From NCBI GenBank assembly GCA_024137785.1, contig JAHRHZ010000056.1:18385013-18449012 (forward strand): a stretch of 64,000 nt of DNA. Reading direction: 5' to 3'. Positions 1-11,985 of the stretch are shown here, piece by piece. A program made the position numbers and the translations under genes. Below the pieces are notes generated by a model. It had not been told where the DNA came from, did not search any database, and saw only the letters and a list, made by a program, of their open reading frames with translations. Source of the DNA: Ginglymostoma cirratum. Lineage: Eukaryota. The number at the start of each line of letters is the position of its first letter. Position 1 is the stretch's first letter.

Positions 1-310
1 AATGATGACCTAAAATCTGATTAAAGTGAGGCAGAGAGATAATTACAAAAACATTTAAAATAAAGTGGTGCTGGAGACAAACTAAACAGGTTAGAATCAC
101 ATGCCAAATTCAAAACTGTACAAACTAACTAGGGTAGAAAGATTAAAACAATTTACCTAAGTGACGCTGTCAAAACATGACAGTAAGGATGAATTTACAG
201 ATACAGAACACTGCGGTGGGGTCACCTGCAGTGCAACATGAACCCAGTATCACGGGCTGCGCTTCAAAAGCTTGTGTGATTTCAAATATACCTGTTGGTT
301 CATAACCTTA
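1..310 (-). mobile_element. Penelope-like element 3' end (ORF C-terminus plus UTR) with a short inverted pLTR piece
   Basis: Minus strand 255->222 reads RDTGFMLHCR*, resembling the Penelope GIY-YIG terminus (RDLGFMSHYR-like). 256-310 (aaagcttgtgtgatttcaaatatacctgttgg) matches the repeat at 10225-10385. Confidence 0.6.
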
Positions 311-343
311 TGTCAGAATTTGAAACTGGGTCCCCAGAACATT

Positions 344-568
344 CGAAACAAAAACAGAAGTTGCTGGAAATGCTCAGCAGGTCTGACAGTGTCTGTGAAG
401 GGAGATCAGAGTTAATGTTTCAGGTCCGGTGGCCCTTCCTCAGGAGGTTCACTGGACCCGAAACGTTAACCCTGATTCCTCTTCACAGATGTTGCCAGAT
501 ATGCTGAGCTTTTCCAGCAACTTCTGTTTTTGTTTCTGATTTACAGCGTCTGCGGTTCTTTTGGTTTT
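344..568. mobile_element. Penelope-derived hairpin element (family A) inserted in a tRNA-like SINE head
   Basis: Inverted arms (aaacaaaaacagaagttgctggaaa / tttccagcaacttctgtttttgttt); TSD ccccagaacatt at 332-343 and 569-580. Confidence 0.8.
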
Positions 569-689
569 CCCCAGAACATTACCTGGGTTGCTGGGAATAT
601 AGGCAAGTGATAATAGTTATCACCTCCCCTCTCATGCAGCACAGTGAATGTTTTCACTTACATATTACTGGAGACCATCATGCTAGGTA

Positions 690-940
690 GTGACCAAAAA
701 AAATCCATAAGGAGTTCAGAAGGAAGTTGTTTAAATAAATAAAGTGTGGAATTTGCTACCACAAGGAATGGTTGGTGAATAGTTTAGACATTTTTCAGGA
801 GAAGCTAGACAACCTCATCAGAGAAAAGGGTCTAGAGAGTTGCAAGATTGATTTGGATAAGAAAAGACGGGAAGAGGTGCAAGTGGAACATTATCAACAG
901 CTTCCATTGGTTGAGCCATGCCCTGTTTCTGTGTATGCAG
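690..940 (+). mobile_element. Old CR1 LINE 3' fragment
   Basis: Degenerate WNLLP...NSLDIFQEKLD, the CR1 ORF2 C-terminal motif. Confidence 0.55.
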
Positions 941-2098
941 TTAAGAGCTTTGCAACAGTGCCACGTGTGAGAATACGCTGAAGCTTATGTATATTTGGTA
1001 TGAGTGATGGAGATTGTGTAAGCTAGTGACAAAAAGTAAAACATTTTTATTCTGAATTACTTATTCTCATCTAAGATTTGGCACACATATCTGTTTGCTG
1101 ATCTAAAGCTGGTTATGGGAAAATTAGACAAAAGCATATTACAGGATGCTATCAAACTTCATCTGAAGAACAAAGTGGTCATAAACATAATCTAATTACC
1201 GTTTAGTAATTGAAAACAGGAGAAAAACTAATGGAGGAGGCTGTTTGATTTTGTGTCCACCAGGATTGGTAACTCTTGGCACGGTTTGGGAGAAATTGGG
1301 AAATTGTATGCTAAAGACCTCCACTTTTCCCTGTTGGAATCATGCCCCAAACCTCTTTGTGCATTAAGCAAGCTCTTGATTAACAGACCTGTTTTTTTAT
1401 TCCAGCTAATGTTTCATGTATTTTTCCTGTATTTTTTGGATCAGACTATTAAGACTTGATGCAATGAGAGAGGAAAGCAATATCTGAAACTGCTTAGAAA
1501 TTTTTTCCAGAGGTACAACGGATTGAGAAAGGAGATGAAAACTTTATAGCATTGCACTCAATACTAACATTTTAAAGGAACCTGGATGCACCAACATATT
1601 TCCATTGAAAATAGTAGCAGGTACATGTTCTTTGATAAGTCATTATCGTTTTTACATTGGCAGCTGTTTTGAAAGCATTCAGCGATAGCAAAACCAGAGG
1701 AAACAAAGTATAGGCCAGGGAGATGAATAGTCACCAGCAGCAGGTTAGAAGCAACCAAAATGACACATCTGCCATACCTCAATATTCCCAATTATCAGTG
1801 GCCATAGCTGAATTGATCGTCATTATCTTGGAGTCACCTATTCAATCTGCTGCAACGACATCTGCAACCAACCTGCCCCAAAGCCAGGAGTAACATCGAC
1901 AGTGATGAGTAAAGCTGCTCAAATCCTTTTGGCTGTGTCTTATTTCAAGGTAGAAATGAACAGCAGTATCAGCCAACATTTGAAGCAAATGATTAACATG
2001 TTGACCAGAATTCTCAGCTATAATTTGACTGCAAAGTGCTATCCTATGTCAACAGAATGGAACTCCCCAAAGAATGAGAGTAGGGATGTGCTGGCAAA

Positions 2099-2443
2099 TA
2101 GGAACATAGGAACAGGAGTAGGCCATTCAGCCCCTCAAGCCTATTTCACATTCAATGAGATCATGATGATCTGTGGCCTAACTTCATATTGAAAGACTTT
2201 TGTTAAGGGCCCATATCTCTTAACACCTTTGCTTAACAAAAGTCTTTTGATCTCAGATTTAAAATTAACAACAGATCCAGCATCCACTGCCTTTTATGGA
2301 AGAGAGTTAACATCTATCGCCTTTAGCGTTTCCTAACATCTCTCCTGATGAATCTGGCCCTAATTCTCAGACCATACCCCCTAGATCTCGAATCCCAAAA
2401 CAGTGGAAATAGTCTATCTTTATCTACCCTGTCTTTTCCTATT
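2099..2443 (-). mobile_element. CR1 LINE 3' end
   Basis: Tail aggaacataggaacaggagtaggccattcagccc; minus strand encodes DRLFPL..SRSRGYGLRIR. Confidence 0.8.
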
Positions 2444-2849
2444 AGGCTGACAAGTTGCACAACTAACAATTTGTGGCAAACGTATTTAAGAGAATGTGAC
2501 TGGTAACTCACACTTGTTGGTCCACTTGCTTTGGAACCTTCCTGAACATTTTCTGCCATTGTATCCCATGGGGGTCTGGTGATTGGTTCACAAAGTGAAA
2601 CTTTCTGCCTAACACCACTGTGTCAACATCTTGCCAAAAATTCCCAAATCCTGAAAATGGGTATATTTAAACATAGAGAAAGGAACAGAGTAAGTTAGTG
2701 GGAACAAATTTGTATTTACATGACATTATTCATGACCTTCGCAGCCAATTAAGCACTTCTGTGGCTGTTGTAAGGCAAGGTTGGAGAATATTGAAATTTT
2801 TGCTCTTCGGGGTATCATAGACTCATATTATACAATTAATGTGTACAAA

Positions 2850-3420
2850 TTTAGAATCATAGCATGAAACAGTGCAAAAGGAGATCGTTCAACCCATGTC
2901 TATGCTAGCTGTTTGGAAGATCTGTCTGGTTAGTCCTTTGTTAGTCAGTCTCTCCCTATAGCATTGCAATCTTTTCATCAAGTATTCATTCAATTCCCTT
3001 TTGAATATTATTATTTAATCTGCTTTTACTCCCTCCCATGTGGCACATTCCAGATGATAAAAATAATTGACTTAGACAACAACCCCATCTATTATTTGAT
3101 CCTCTTTCCAATAATCCGGTCATTTGGTTATCAACTCTTCTACTGCTGGAAACAGTTTCTCCCTGTTAAAATGATCAAAACACTTACTAAGTTTTAAAAC
3201 CCTTATTAAATTTCCCTTGCCTTTCCCCAATCATTCTAAAAATCTCTTTTATTCATTATGAAGGTCGTATCGATACCTTCCTAAAATGTGGTGCCCATAA
3301 TTAGCTGCAACGTTGTTCTCCAGTTGAGGCCTAAATAGTCATTCATAAAGGTTAAGCAAAATCTTCTTACTTGTTAACCTAAGCTTTTATTTGTTAACCG
3401 TGAGTTCCTTTTTTCAAAAA
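2850..3420 (-). mobile_element. Degraded CR1 LINE 3' portion
   Basis: agaatcatag tail; tggtgcccataattagctgcaacgttgttctccagttgaggcc corresponds to the RPQLE..QFWAP motif on the minus strand. Confidence 0.5.
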
Positions 3421-4324
3421 TATAACCTCCTCAGTTTGTCCAGCGAACCTCATGCATTTGTGTACCTACACGCCCAGATTGCTCTGTTCCCATACTCTCT
3501 TTTAAATTACACTATGCTAGTTGTTTGGTTAACTAGAAATGCATATAAAATTAGATTAGATGGAGAGAATAGGTAGATTAAAGTGTTTTTAGATTCAAGT
3601 TTAATGTGTTTTAAAGGGTACAAAAGAACGATGGTTATATTGCTATCAATTATCATAGAAGCCTGTTGCAGTTTAGGGAAGGAATTCTGTCACTTTATTT
3701 GGCCTGGTCTACGCATGACAGCATCTGTGTAACTCTGCCCTCAATATCTTGGTAGGCCACTCAATATTCAATAAGGCATCCCCTCATTTTCCTAATAAAT
3801 GCCAGCGATATCGTATCTTGGGAATGAGAGAAAATAAAATGACAAAAGGTCTATAAAATCCCCGCATTAAAGTCAATTCTTTCCATGAATTCTGCCTGGT
3901 CTACTGAGGTTTTTCCTGCATTTTTAAATTAGTTTCAAATTTCAAATGTCCAGTTTGAAGTCAGACTAATAACTGTCAATGAAAGAAACCAAAAGGATTG
4001 CTAAAGACTGGGATTAACAGATCAAGTGCTTTGTGAAATATAAGCTGTCAAGGCAGAATGATTTAGGGAGAAGAGTCCAAAGATTCTGGTAATTCAGGAA
4101 CGGGAACTGAGCAGGGAAGGAATTAAAAAAAGTATGAAATAGTTCAGCGTTCAGGGAGCATGGGCTTTATATTGGAATATTCTGCAAGAGGATATAGCAA
4201 ATTTGGTGTTAATAAGGCATGGAGAATAATATTTGAATAAATCTTCAACCATTTTCAGCCTAACTGATGCATCAATGATCCATCGTAACTTCCTGAAGCT
4301 CTTGGCATCAACGTTAACTTTCAA

Positions 4325-5510
4325 CTAATTCAGCTCAGGCCACCTGATACCATGAAGGGACTGAAGCACCAGATAAGCGAAGGCTATGGGCCCTGAAAAC
4401 ATCCTGGCTGTGGTAGTGAAGACCTGTGCTCCAGGACTGGTCAGGCCTCCAACTGAGCTGTTCTATTACAGCTTTGACAGTGGCATTTATCTACCATTGT
4501 GGAAAATTGCCCAGATCTTGCCCACAGAAACCAGGACAAATTCAATCCGGCAAATTCGTGCCCCGTAAATTTAATCTCAACTATCAACAAAATAATTGAA
4601 GGTGTTAACAGCGTAATTAAGCAGAATTTGTTAGCTCGTACAAAGTTTAAGTTCTCATAGGGCTGCCCAGCTCACTATAGCTTTAGCCTAAAAATGGTTT
4701 AAAGAGCTGATTTCTAGAGGTGAAGTGAGAGTGACTGCATTGGATATCATGGCAACAGCTGAACAAATTTGGCATCAAGAAGCCCTAATAACGTGGAAGT
4801 CAATTGTAATCAGGTGGAAAACTTTCCATTGCCTGGAGTCAAACTGAGCATAAAAGAACAAAAACAAAATTGCTGGAAAAGCTCAGCAGGTTTGGCAGCC
4901 TCTGTGAAGAAAATATTAGAGTTAACATTTTGCACTCAGTGACCCTTTCTCAGAACTGTTCTGAGGAAGGGTTACCAGACCCGAAATGTTAACTCTGATA
5001 TTTTCTTCACAGATGCTGCCAGACCTGCTGAGCTTTTCCAGCAACTTTGTTTTTGGTCCTGATTTACAGCATCTGCAGTTCTTTCAGTTTTTATTTATTG
5101 AGCACAAAGGAACATGGTTCTGGTTGCTGAAGTCAATCATCTCAGTCCCAAGACATCACTTCAGGAGCATTCTGGGGTATCCAGTGTCTAGGTGCGACCA
5201 TTCTCAGTTGCATCATCAATTACTTTCTCCCCATTATAAGGTTCAAGGTTGGGATGTTCACTGCTGACTGCTGAACTAGCAAGCCAAAACCCTTAGAAAA
5301 ACAAGGATGACAAACGCAAGGGAATACTAGTACCTGCAAACTCCCCTCTGAGGCACACACCATCTCTTACAATTCTAATTTCCTCTCCAATAGCACTAAG
5401 AGTGTATTGCACCACATTGAACGTGGTTGTTCAAGAAGACAACTTACAAAAATCACTTTCTCAAAGAGTGAGGAATAGTCAACAGTTACTGGTCTACGTC
5501 CCATGAAAGG
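4325..5510 (+). mobile_element. Old copy of the tRNA-headed CR1-group LINE (RT and 3' end), interrupted by a Penelope hairpin
   Basis: KAMGPENILAVVVKTCAPGL..LFYYSFDSGIYLPLWKIAQ is homologous to ORF 40823-41410. Confidence 0.8.
4861..5098. mobile_element. Penelope-derived hairpin element (family A)
   Basis: Inverted arms around cagaactgttctg; TSD tgagcataaaagaaca / tgagcacaaaggaaca (4845-4860, 5099-5114). Confidence 0.8.
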
Positions 5511-5884
5511 TGCACAGGAAACAAGGATCAGGGCTTCCTGATTAATTCAGTGGAATAGAAGGAGCCTTTGGAGTGTATCAGAAGTAAGAATGAGGCAAAC
5601 TCCCAGGGCAACCTTCACTTCCATACATCCAGTTTTTGAGTTATTAAAATCAATGTCCTTACCTTTCCCTCAAACCAGCAAAAAAACACTTATTGGTGGC
5701 CATTTCTGGGATGTTAATTAGCCTTTTGGCCTTGTGCCATCACAAATATTTTGATAGGTGTATCTTCACAAAATGACTCATAACTTGATTTCCCTTGACT
5801 AATTTGATTGGTTCTTGAAAACTATGTAGATAATCACCTCATCCATTTTCTGTTGACATGATGACACTGTTAAAGCTGTTTGGC

Positions 5885-5985
5885 TTATTGGTACTGTCCT
5901 TGCCCCTGAGCCAGCAGGCCAAGTTCAATTCCCACCTGCTTTGGAGATATATAATGACATCTCTGAACAGGTTGATTAGAAATGT
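5885..5985 (+). mobile_element. Short tRNA-derived SINE (same family as 9705-9830 and 43335-43440)
   Basis: B-box-like gttcaattccc and shared tail atgacatctctgaacaggttgattagaaat. Confidence 0.55.
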
Positions 5986-6077
5986 CTGTAGAAAGGATTT
6001 CTTTTCCCAATAGTCAGCAGGCATGTTAAAATTCATTTATTTCTTTGCCATATCAAGATTTCATTTTAAGTCCCCTT

Positions 6078-6427
6078 TTTGTTATTCATTCACGGGATGA
6101 GGGCATTGCTGACTAGGCCAGCAATTATTGCCCATCCCTAATTCCCAGAAGGCAATTAAGAGTCAACCACATTGCTATGGGTCTGGAGTCACATGTTGGC
6201 CTGACCAGGTAAGGATGGCAGATTCCTTCCCTAAAGGGCATTAATGAACCAGATGGGTTTTTCCAATAATCGACAATAGTCATCATTGGACTCTTAATTC
6301 CAGATATTCAATGAATTCAAATTCCACCATCTGCCATGGCGGGATTCAAACCCGGGTCCAACAGAACATTACCTGGGTCTCTGGGTTAACAGCCCGGCGA
6401 TAATACCATTAGGCCATCACCTCCCCA
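6078..6427 (-). mobile_element. tRNA-headed bipartite SINE (5' and 3' ends of the LINE at 38642-42375)
   Basis: Minus strand ggggaggtgatggcctaatgg...gggtttgaatccc...gggcaataattgctggcc...tgaatgaataa. Confidence 0.85.
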
Positions 6428-6446
6428 TGTGTCTGAACGACCACTG

Positions 6447-7050
6447 TGATTTGATTTTGATTTGATTTATTACACTTGATTTATATATTGTCATGTGTAT
6501 CTCATTACAAAATACAGTGAAAAGTGTTTGATAGTGTTGCCACTTTCCGGTGCCATCTTAAAACACAGAAAAATAGACCAAAACATAGAATATAAAGGCA
6601 GAAGAATGAAGAAATAAAGAAAATGTTTCAGAGATAGTAGGAACTGCAGATGCTGGAGAACCTGAGATAACAAGGTATAAAGCTGAATGAACACAGCAGG
6701 CCAAGCAGCATCCGAGGAGCAGGGAAGATGACATTTCGGGCCCAGACCCTTCTTCAGAATAAAGGCCCGAAATGTCAGCTTCCCTGCTCCTCTGACGCTG
6801 CTTGGCCTGCTGTGTTCATCCATTTCTACAACCTGTTACCTCAAATAAAGAAAATGTCCAACTTTACAGTCCTTCTTCTTAAGTGCTCTGTCATGGTTCC
6901 AGTGGTTAGGATGAGCCCTCTTCGCTGCACTGCCCCTGGATTGAAAGGTACCACTCTTTGTTGTCATCTCGCATCCACCAATGCCCTCACCACTATGGAT
7001 CCTCGCTGGACCTTGCCAACACAGATGCCACCTATGCTGCGAGGTGCTGC
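6447..7050 (-). mobile_element. Non-LTR retroposon with (AAATC)n tail, possibly a Rex1/Babar-type 3' end
   Basis: Minus strand cacttttcactgta...tacacatgacaat...aataaatcaaatcaaaatcaaatc; interrupted by a Penelope hairpin; right boundary uncertain. Confidence 0.45.
6627..6842. mobile_element. Penelope-derived hairpin element (family B)
   Basis: Inverted arms atgaacacagcaggccaagcagc / gctgcttggcctgctgtgttcat; TSD aaataaagaaaatgt at 6612-6626 and 6843-6857. Confidence 0.85.
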
Positions 7051-7112
7051 ATCTATAAACAGGAATCTCATTAACTGCAAGAGTTGTACTCTATGTGTGG
7101 ATTTACTTGTAA

Positions 7113-7478
7113 TGTCAGCCTTGGCTTGTTGAGGACATTTTCACCTCTTCACCAGGAGGTTGTAATTTCAAGACCAACTTCAAAGACTTGAGTATCCCAT
7201 CTAGGCTGACACTTCATTCCAGCGTTGAGGGAGTGTCGCACTGTCGGAAATGGTGTGTTCAGATGAGACGTAACACTCATAGATTTTGTGGCACTATTTT
7301 GAAGAGGAGCAGCAATGTTCTCTCTGGAATCCTGTACTGATCAGTCAAAAAATGTTATGATCCAGCCACAGTCACGGAGCTGCTTGTGGGAGCTGACTAC
7401 TTGCAAAATTGAGGGCTGGATTTCTCTACATTGCAAGATATGTTGATGGTGGCTATATAACACAAGCTCCTTCTTTTC
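7113..7478 (+). mobile_element. DeuSINE (SacSINE1-like)
   Basis: tctaggctgacac...tgagggagtgtcgcactgtcgg...cagatgagacgt...ggcactattttgaagaggagcag resembles the Deu domain. Confidence 0.65.
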
Positions 7479-7529
7479 ATCCTTTAATTTAGATAGTTTG
7501 TCTACTGCTATCATTGTTCTTCAAGTGGT

Positions 7530-8055
7530 TATAGGAACAAAGGAACAGGAGTAGGCCATTTAGCCCCAAAAGCCTGTTCTGCCATTCAATGAGATCATGG
7601 CTGATCTGTGGCCGAACTCTATATACCTGCCTTTGGCCCATACCCTTTAATAAATTTGCTTAATGAAAATCTTTCAATCTCATATTTAAACTTAACAACT
7701 GATCCAGCATCCACTGTCTTTTGTGGAAGAGAGTTCCAAACATCTATGGTGGCTCCGTGGTTAACACTGATGCCAGATTTGATTCCAGCCTTGGGTGATA
7801 GTTTGTGTGGAGTTTGCATATTCTCCCTGAGCCTGCATGGGTTTCCTCTGGGTGCTTTGGTTTTGTCGCACAGTCCAAAGGTGTGCAGGTTAGGTGGATT
7901 AGCCATAGCAAATGCAGGGTTATGGGGTAGAGTGGGGCATGGGTCTGGTCAGATGTTCTTTGGAGGGTCAGTGTGAATTTGATGGACCAAATAGATTCTG
8001 TAGCGATTCTATGACGTACCACCCTTTGTGTATGGAAGTGCTTTCTAATGTCATG
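7530..8055 (-). mobile_element. CR1 3' end interrupted by an HE1 SINE
   Basis: WNSLPQKTVDAGSVVKFKYEIERF on the minus strand; resumes at ~8018. Confidence 0.75.
7747..8013 (+). mobile_element. HE1 (V-SINE)
   Basis: ggtggctccgtggttaacactg head, tgtgtggagtttgcatattctccc V-domain, gattctatga tail. Confidence 0.8.
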
Positions 8056-8184
8056 CATTGTTATTTTCGTGGGAAACACTGAGACATTAGCTGGTGCTTA
8101 TAGATTCAAATTAACTTCTTGCTGTGCAGAATATTATAAACTAAGAATGAAGCTAACTGTGAATTCTTGCAGAGTATCTTTGTC

Positions 8185-8427
8185 ACAGCGTCATACAGTC
8201 ATAGAGATATACAGCATGGAAACAGACTCTTCGGTTCAACTCACCCATACTGACCAGATTTCCTATATAAATCCAGTCCCATTTGCCAGCATTTGGCCCA
8301 TATCTCTCTATATACACATACCCATCCAGATGCATTTTAAATGTTGTAATCGTACCAGTCTCTACCACGTCCTCTGGCAGCTCATTGTACATATGGACCG
8401 CCTTCTGTGTGAACAAGTTGCCCCTTA
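8185..8427 (-). mobile_element. CR1/HER1 LINE 3' end
   Basis: LRGNLFTQKAVHMYNELPEDVVETGTITTFKMHLDGY. Confidence 0.85.
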
Positions 8428-9704
8428 GCATTTAGACTAGTATAACCATGCCGAAGATTTAACAGGTCATTAGCAATCATACAGGCAAATGTTCAGTTCA
8501 TCCCAGAACATAAACTGGGGTGTTTATGCATAGCGGCCCATATTTCTAAAATGATAATCTGCCTTGATTTCTCTCTTCCTTTGAGATGATAAATGAAACC
8601 TTTCCTGGAGACTGAAGTGTAGATTGTTTGAAGGCTGTAGAGGAGGTAATTTATTAATCCTATACCTTCACAGGTTAGAGGTGACCAGGAGCCCACCTTT
8701 TTACAGAGTCGTGCTTGTTTTCCATAGCCTGGTAGTGAAAGGGTTAATATGCTGGAGCTGTTACAAAATGCCTGTGAGTTAATGATTTCCTGCTGGTGAC
8801 TACAACACAAAACCCAGGAATATTGACTGAAAATGTGGCCACACGTCTATGGTTCCTGTTGGCTTGGGTGAAACTCCTTTCATGTTAATGATTTGACAGA
8901 AAAGGAAATAGCTGTGTGTTAATAGAAGCACCTGAAATATTTCTCACAACACGCGAGAGGCAGGGGAATGGCAGGACTAGTAGCTCTGCTTTAAAACAGA
9001 GGCCAGGGGCCACAAATTAACAAATTAAAAACAATTCATTTACTTATACGCTTACAGAACCACCTTCCTGACATTAATGGGTACAAGCTCAAAGATTCAG
9101 CCTGATTACTGGGATAGCTGAGTAACTAGAAATGTTGAGCTTGCCAGAAAAAATTATTTTTAAATACACAGTAGGGTAAAGGGTAAATCTGCACTCAGTT
9201 TATGACAGACTCTGGAATTGTTTGTGTGGCTGTAGATGTTCAATGCCAAGTAGCTGAAAGTTGAAGCTCCATGTTAATGCAGACAGTAAAAATGATGGGT
9301 CGAAGGGGATTTAGTTCAAACCAGCAGATAGTTACTTGGCAGGTCCAGATAGCGTCAGTAAGAAGGAAAGCACTAGCCCACAGGCAAAGAGAGAAATCAG
9401 AGCAGGAGGAACATGTCTGTCTTCTGAGAGCAAGCAGTTTGACAAAAAGCTTTCTCTTCAAATTGTAATTGTCCTAACTAATGGCTGGTGAGATAAATGG
9501 CTGTAGAACTGCGAGAGCGTGCAATTTTCTCTCATTCTGAAATGCTCCGTAAAATAACAGGACTTTAAAAACATGACCTTCCAATTGCTTCAATTACTGA
9601 GATTACAGCAATACGTGCTGTTTGTTATTTACTCTTACAGCCGTCAATCAGGCAAGTAGGGGTGGCCAGGAGCACAGATTCCACTAAAGGACTGCTTCTT
9701 TATG

Positions 9705-9830
9705 TTAAGGCTATTGTAATGCAGTGGTGGTGTCCCTTCCTCTGAGCTAGATGGCCTAGATTCAAGTCCCACTGCTATTACACCAGAGGAGTGTAATAAC
9801 CTCTCTGAAACAGTTGATTAGGAAATATAG
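9705..9830 (+). mobile_element. Short tRNA-derived SINE
   Basis: A/B-box-like tgcagtgg and gattcaagtccc; tail shared with 5885-5985. Confidence 0.55.
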
Positions 9831-10224
9831 AAAAAAATTAATTAGTAGCTCCTGCACACTGCGTCTCAGTCAATGGTTCTATCGGTTAGAATTAAACATG
9901 AAAAGAAATGGGAGCATGTACCTAATACAGTGTCACTGCTTTGTGGAGGAGAACATTTCAAAGAGTACCTGATTATTTTGTTGTGTGTTTGAAAAATGTT
10001 TAAAACGTGGTAAAGCCCATCCAACTCATCCCTTTTTTGACTTTTCCGTCCCAGAGGAGGATTCAAAGTCATAATCTCTCAACTAGGAGATATGGATTCC
10101 AGAGTCGTGGTCTTTCTCTTGCTGTGCTTGTATTTCTCTCAGGTTTTTATTTCCTTGCAAAATAATACAATGCAGATCCAGTATTTACAGTAAATTTAAT
10201 TTAGGAATATTGTACAGAGAGTTT

Positions 10225-10385
10225 GATGTGGAGATTCCAGTTTTAGACTGGGGTGGACAAAGTCACACAACACTGGGTTACAGTCGAACAGGTTTATTTG
10301 AAATCACAAGCTTTCAGAGCATTGCTTTTGATTCCAAATAAACCTGTTGGCCTATAGCCTGGCGTTGTGTGACTTCTGACTTTTT
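10225..10385. mobile_element. Penelope-derived hairpin element (third family)
   Basis: Inverted arms aagtcacacaac...aacaggtttatttgaaatc / gattccaaataaacctgtt...gttgtgtgactt. Confidence 0.7.
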
Positions 10386-11985
10386 AGTACTGGGAAAGTA
10401 AGCTGCAGTGTGATTAATGCTGTTGCTCTTCAAAAAAATCTGATAGAATTTGGATGGGCTGAAGAGCCTCCTACTACCCTGTACTATCCGCAATTCTCCA
10501 GAAACAAACCTACTTTTCCTACAGCCCTTTTTACACTATCATGCCCCAATGATCTAATTGGCAAGCCACTCAAGCATTGCTATAATGATGAAAATAGTCA
10601 TGTCATGTTGTGTTTTTAAAAGCACAGTTTGAAAAGCTGTGTGAATGCCTTAAGTAGTATTTTTCACCATCCAGCAATTTCTAAAAATCTCCAATTAGCA
10701 GGAAATGTCATTAACTTTGAACTTATGTGTTGGTTTTCTTGAATGATTCTGTTTAAGTGGTGACAAGACTAACTGGCCTAGAGGAGTTAGATATGTTAAT
10801 TAAAAAATTTCTCACAGCTCTGGGCTTCATGACTGTTATTGAGCTTGAGTCTGTGATGGATTTAATTAAAATGCAGAAATTGAAATGACATGATTGCTGA
10901 AACAGGCTGGTTGATAACCATATCTCTGTTGATATAATTTAGCTCCCTCACATTGTCAGGTTGTCAGGAGCACTGGCTCCTCCACACTTGCTGACAATAA
11001 TTGGTAGAATTCCAACTCTCCCCTGCCATCTAAAACATAGTGAATTATAAGAGGCACTTCCTGGTGTCACTGAAGCTAATTATTCACAGAGTTACTACAA
11101 ATTTCAGTGAAAATTGTGTAGGAAAATGAGAGGTTGCTAAAAGTTATCAGCATAATTCTTTGTAAGCCTTAAGTATTGATTTTTCAAGGATAATTATTTT
11201 TTAAGCTCTCAGTCAGTAATAGCATTGCTTAAGGTGGGACTTAAAGACCTGAAAAGTACCATGGTTGATCACTAGTCTGTGCTGAATGAGATGATCTCAA
11301 TCATAGCGATGATTGGAATGGCAAAAGAGTCCTGGGAGTTCCTTGGATTGAGGTGGGGGGGTGAGTGAAATTAGGAATGATCCCCCCTTCTATTCAACAA
11401 GCTCACCTGGAAGCTGTCTGATGAGACCAGCAATAATTTCAGTTCCCTGCGATTCAATAATACTTTAAACTTTTGCAACATTGACATACTGGAGGGCTGG
11501 TTGCATCTGACCCCAGTGTCAGTTAGGCCTCATTTCAGCTGCTAGTCAGTAGCATGCTCATCTCTGAGTCATGAAGGCAGTCCACTGTAGAAACTTGAAG
11601 ATAAAATCTAGGCAGCCACGAGGAGTGCTGTGCTGTAGGAAATGCTGTTTTTTGATTAGATACTTAAATGAAGGCCTGTCTGTTAACTATCTTATTCGTT
11701 TTTAATTGCATGCAGGTAGCGAACATTAACTGCGGAGTCATTTGCACTCCAACAACTTGGCACAGGATGTTGGCAGGTTAAAGCGGATGTTGCGATGTTT
11801 TTGTCTATAAATAAATGTTGATAAAAATGTGAAAAGATTAGCTCAGCTTCCATACTTTCTCACTGGGATTTCTGCCTCTCAGGCAGGATATAATCAATCC
11901 TACGACACTACTTGTAGAAGAGCTGGAAAGGTCTACCTGATATTCTAGCCAATATTTATCCCTCAGCCAGCAACACTAGGACAAG

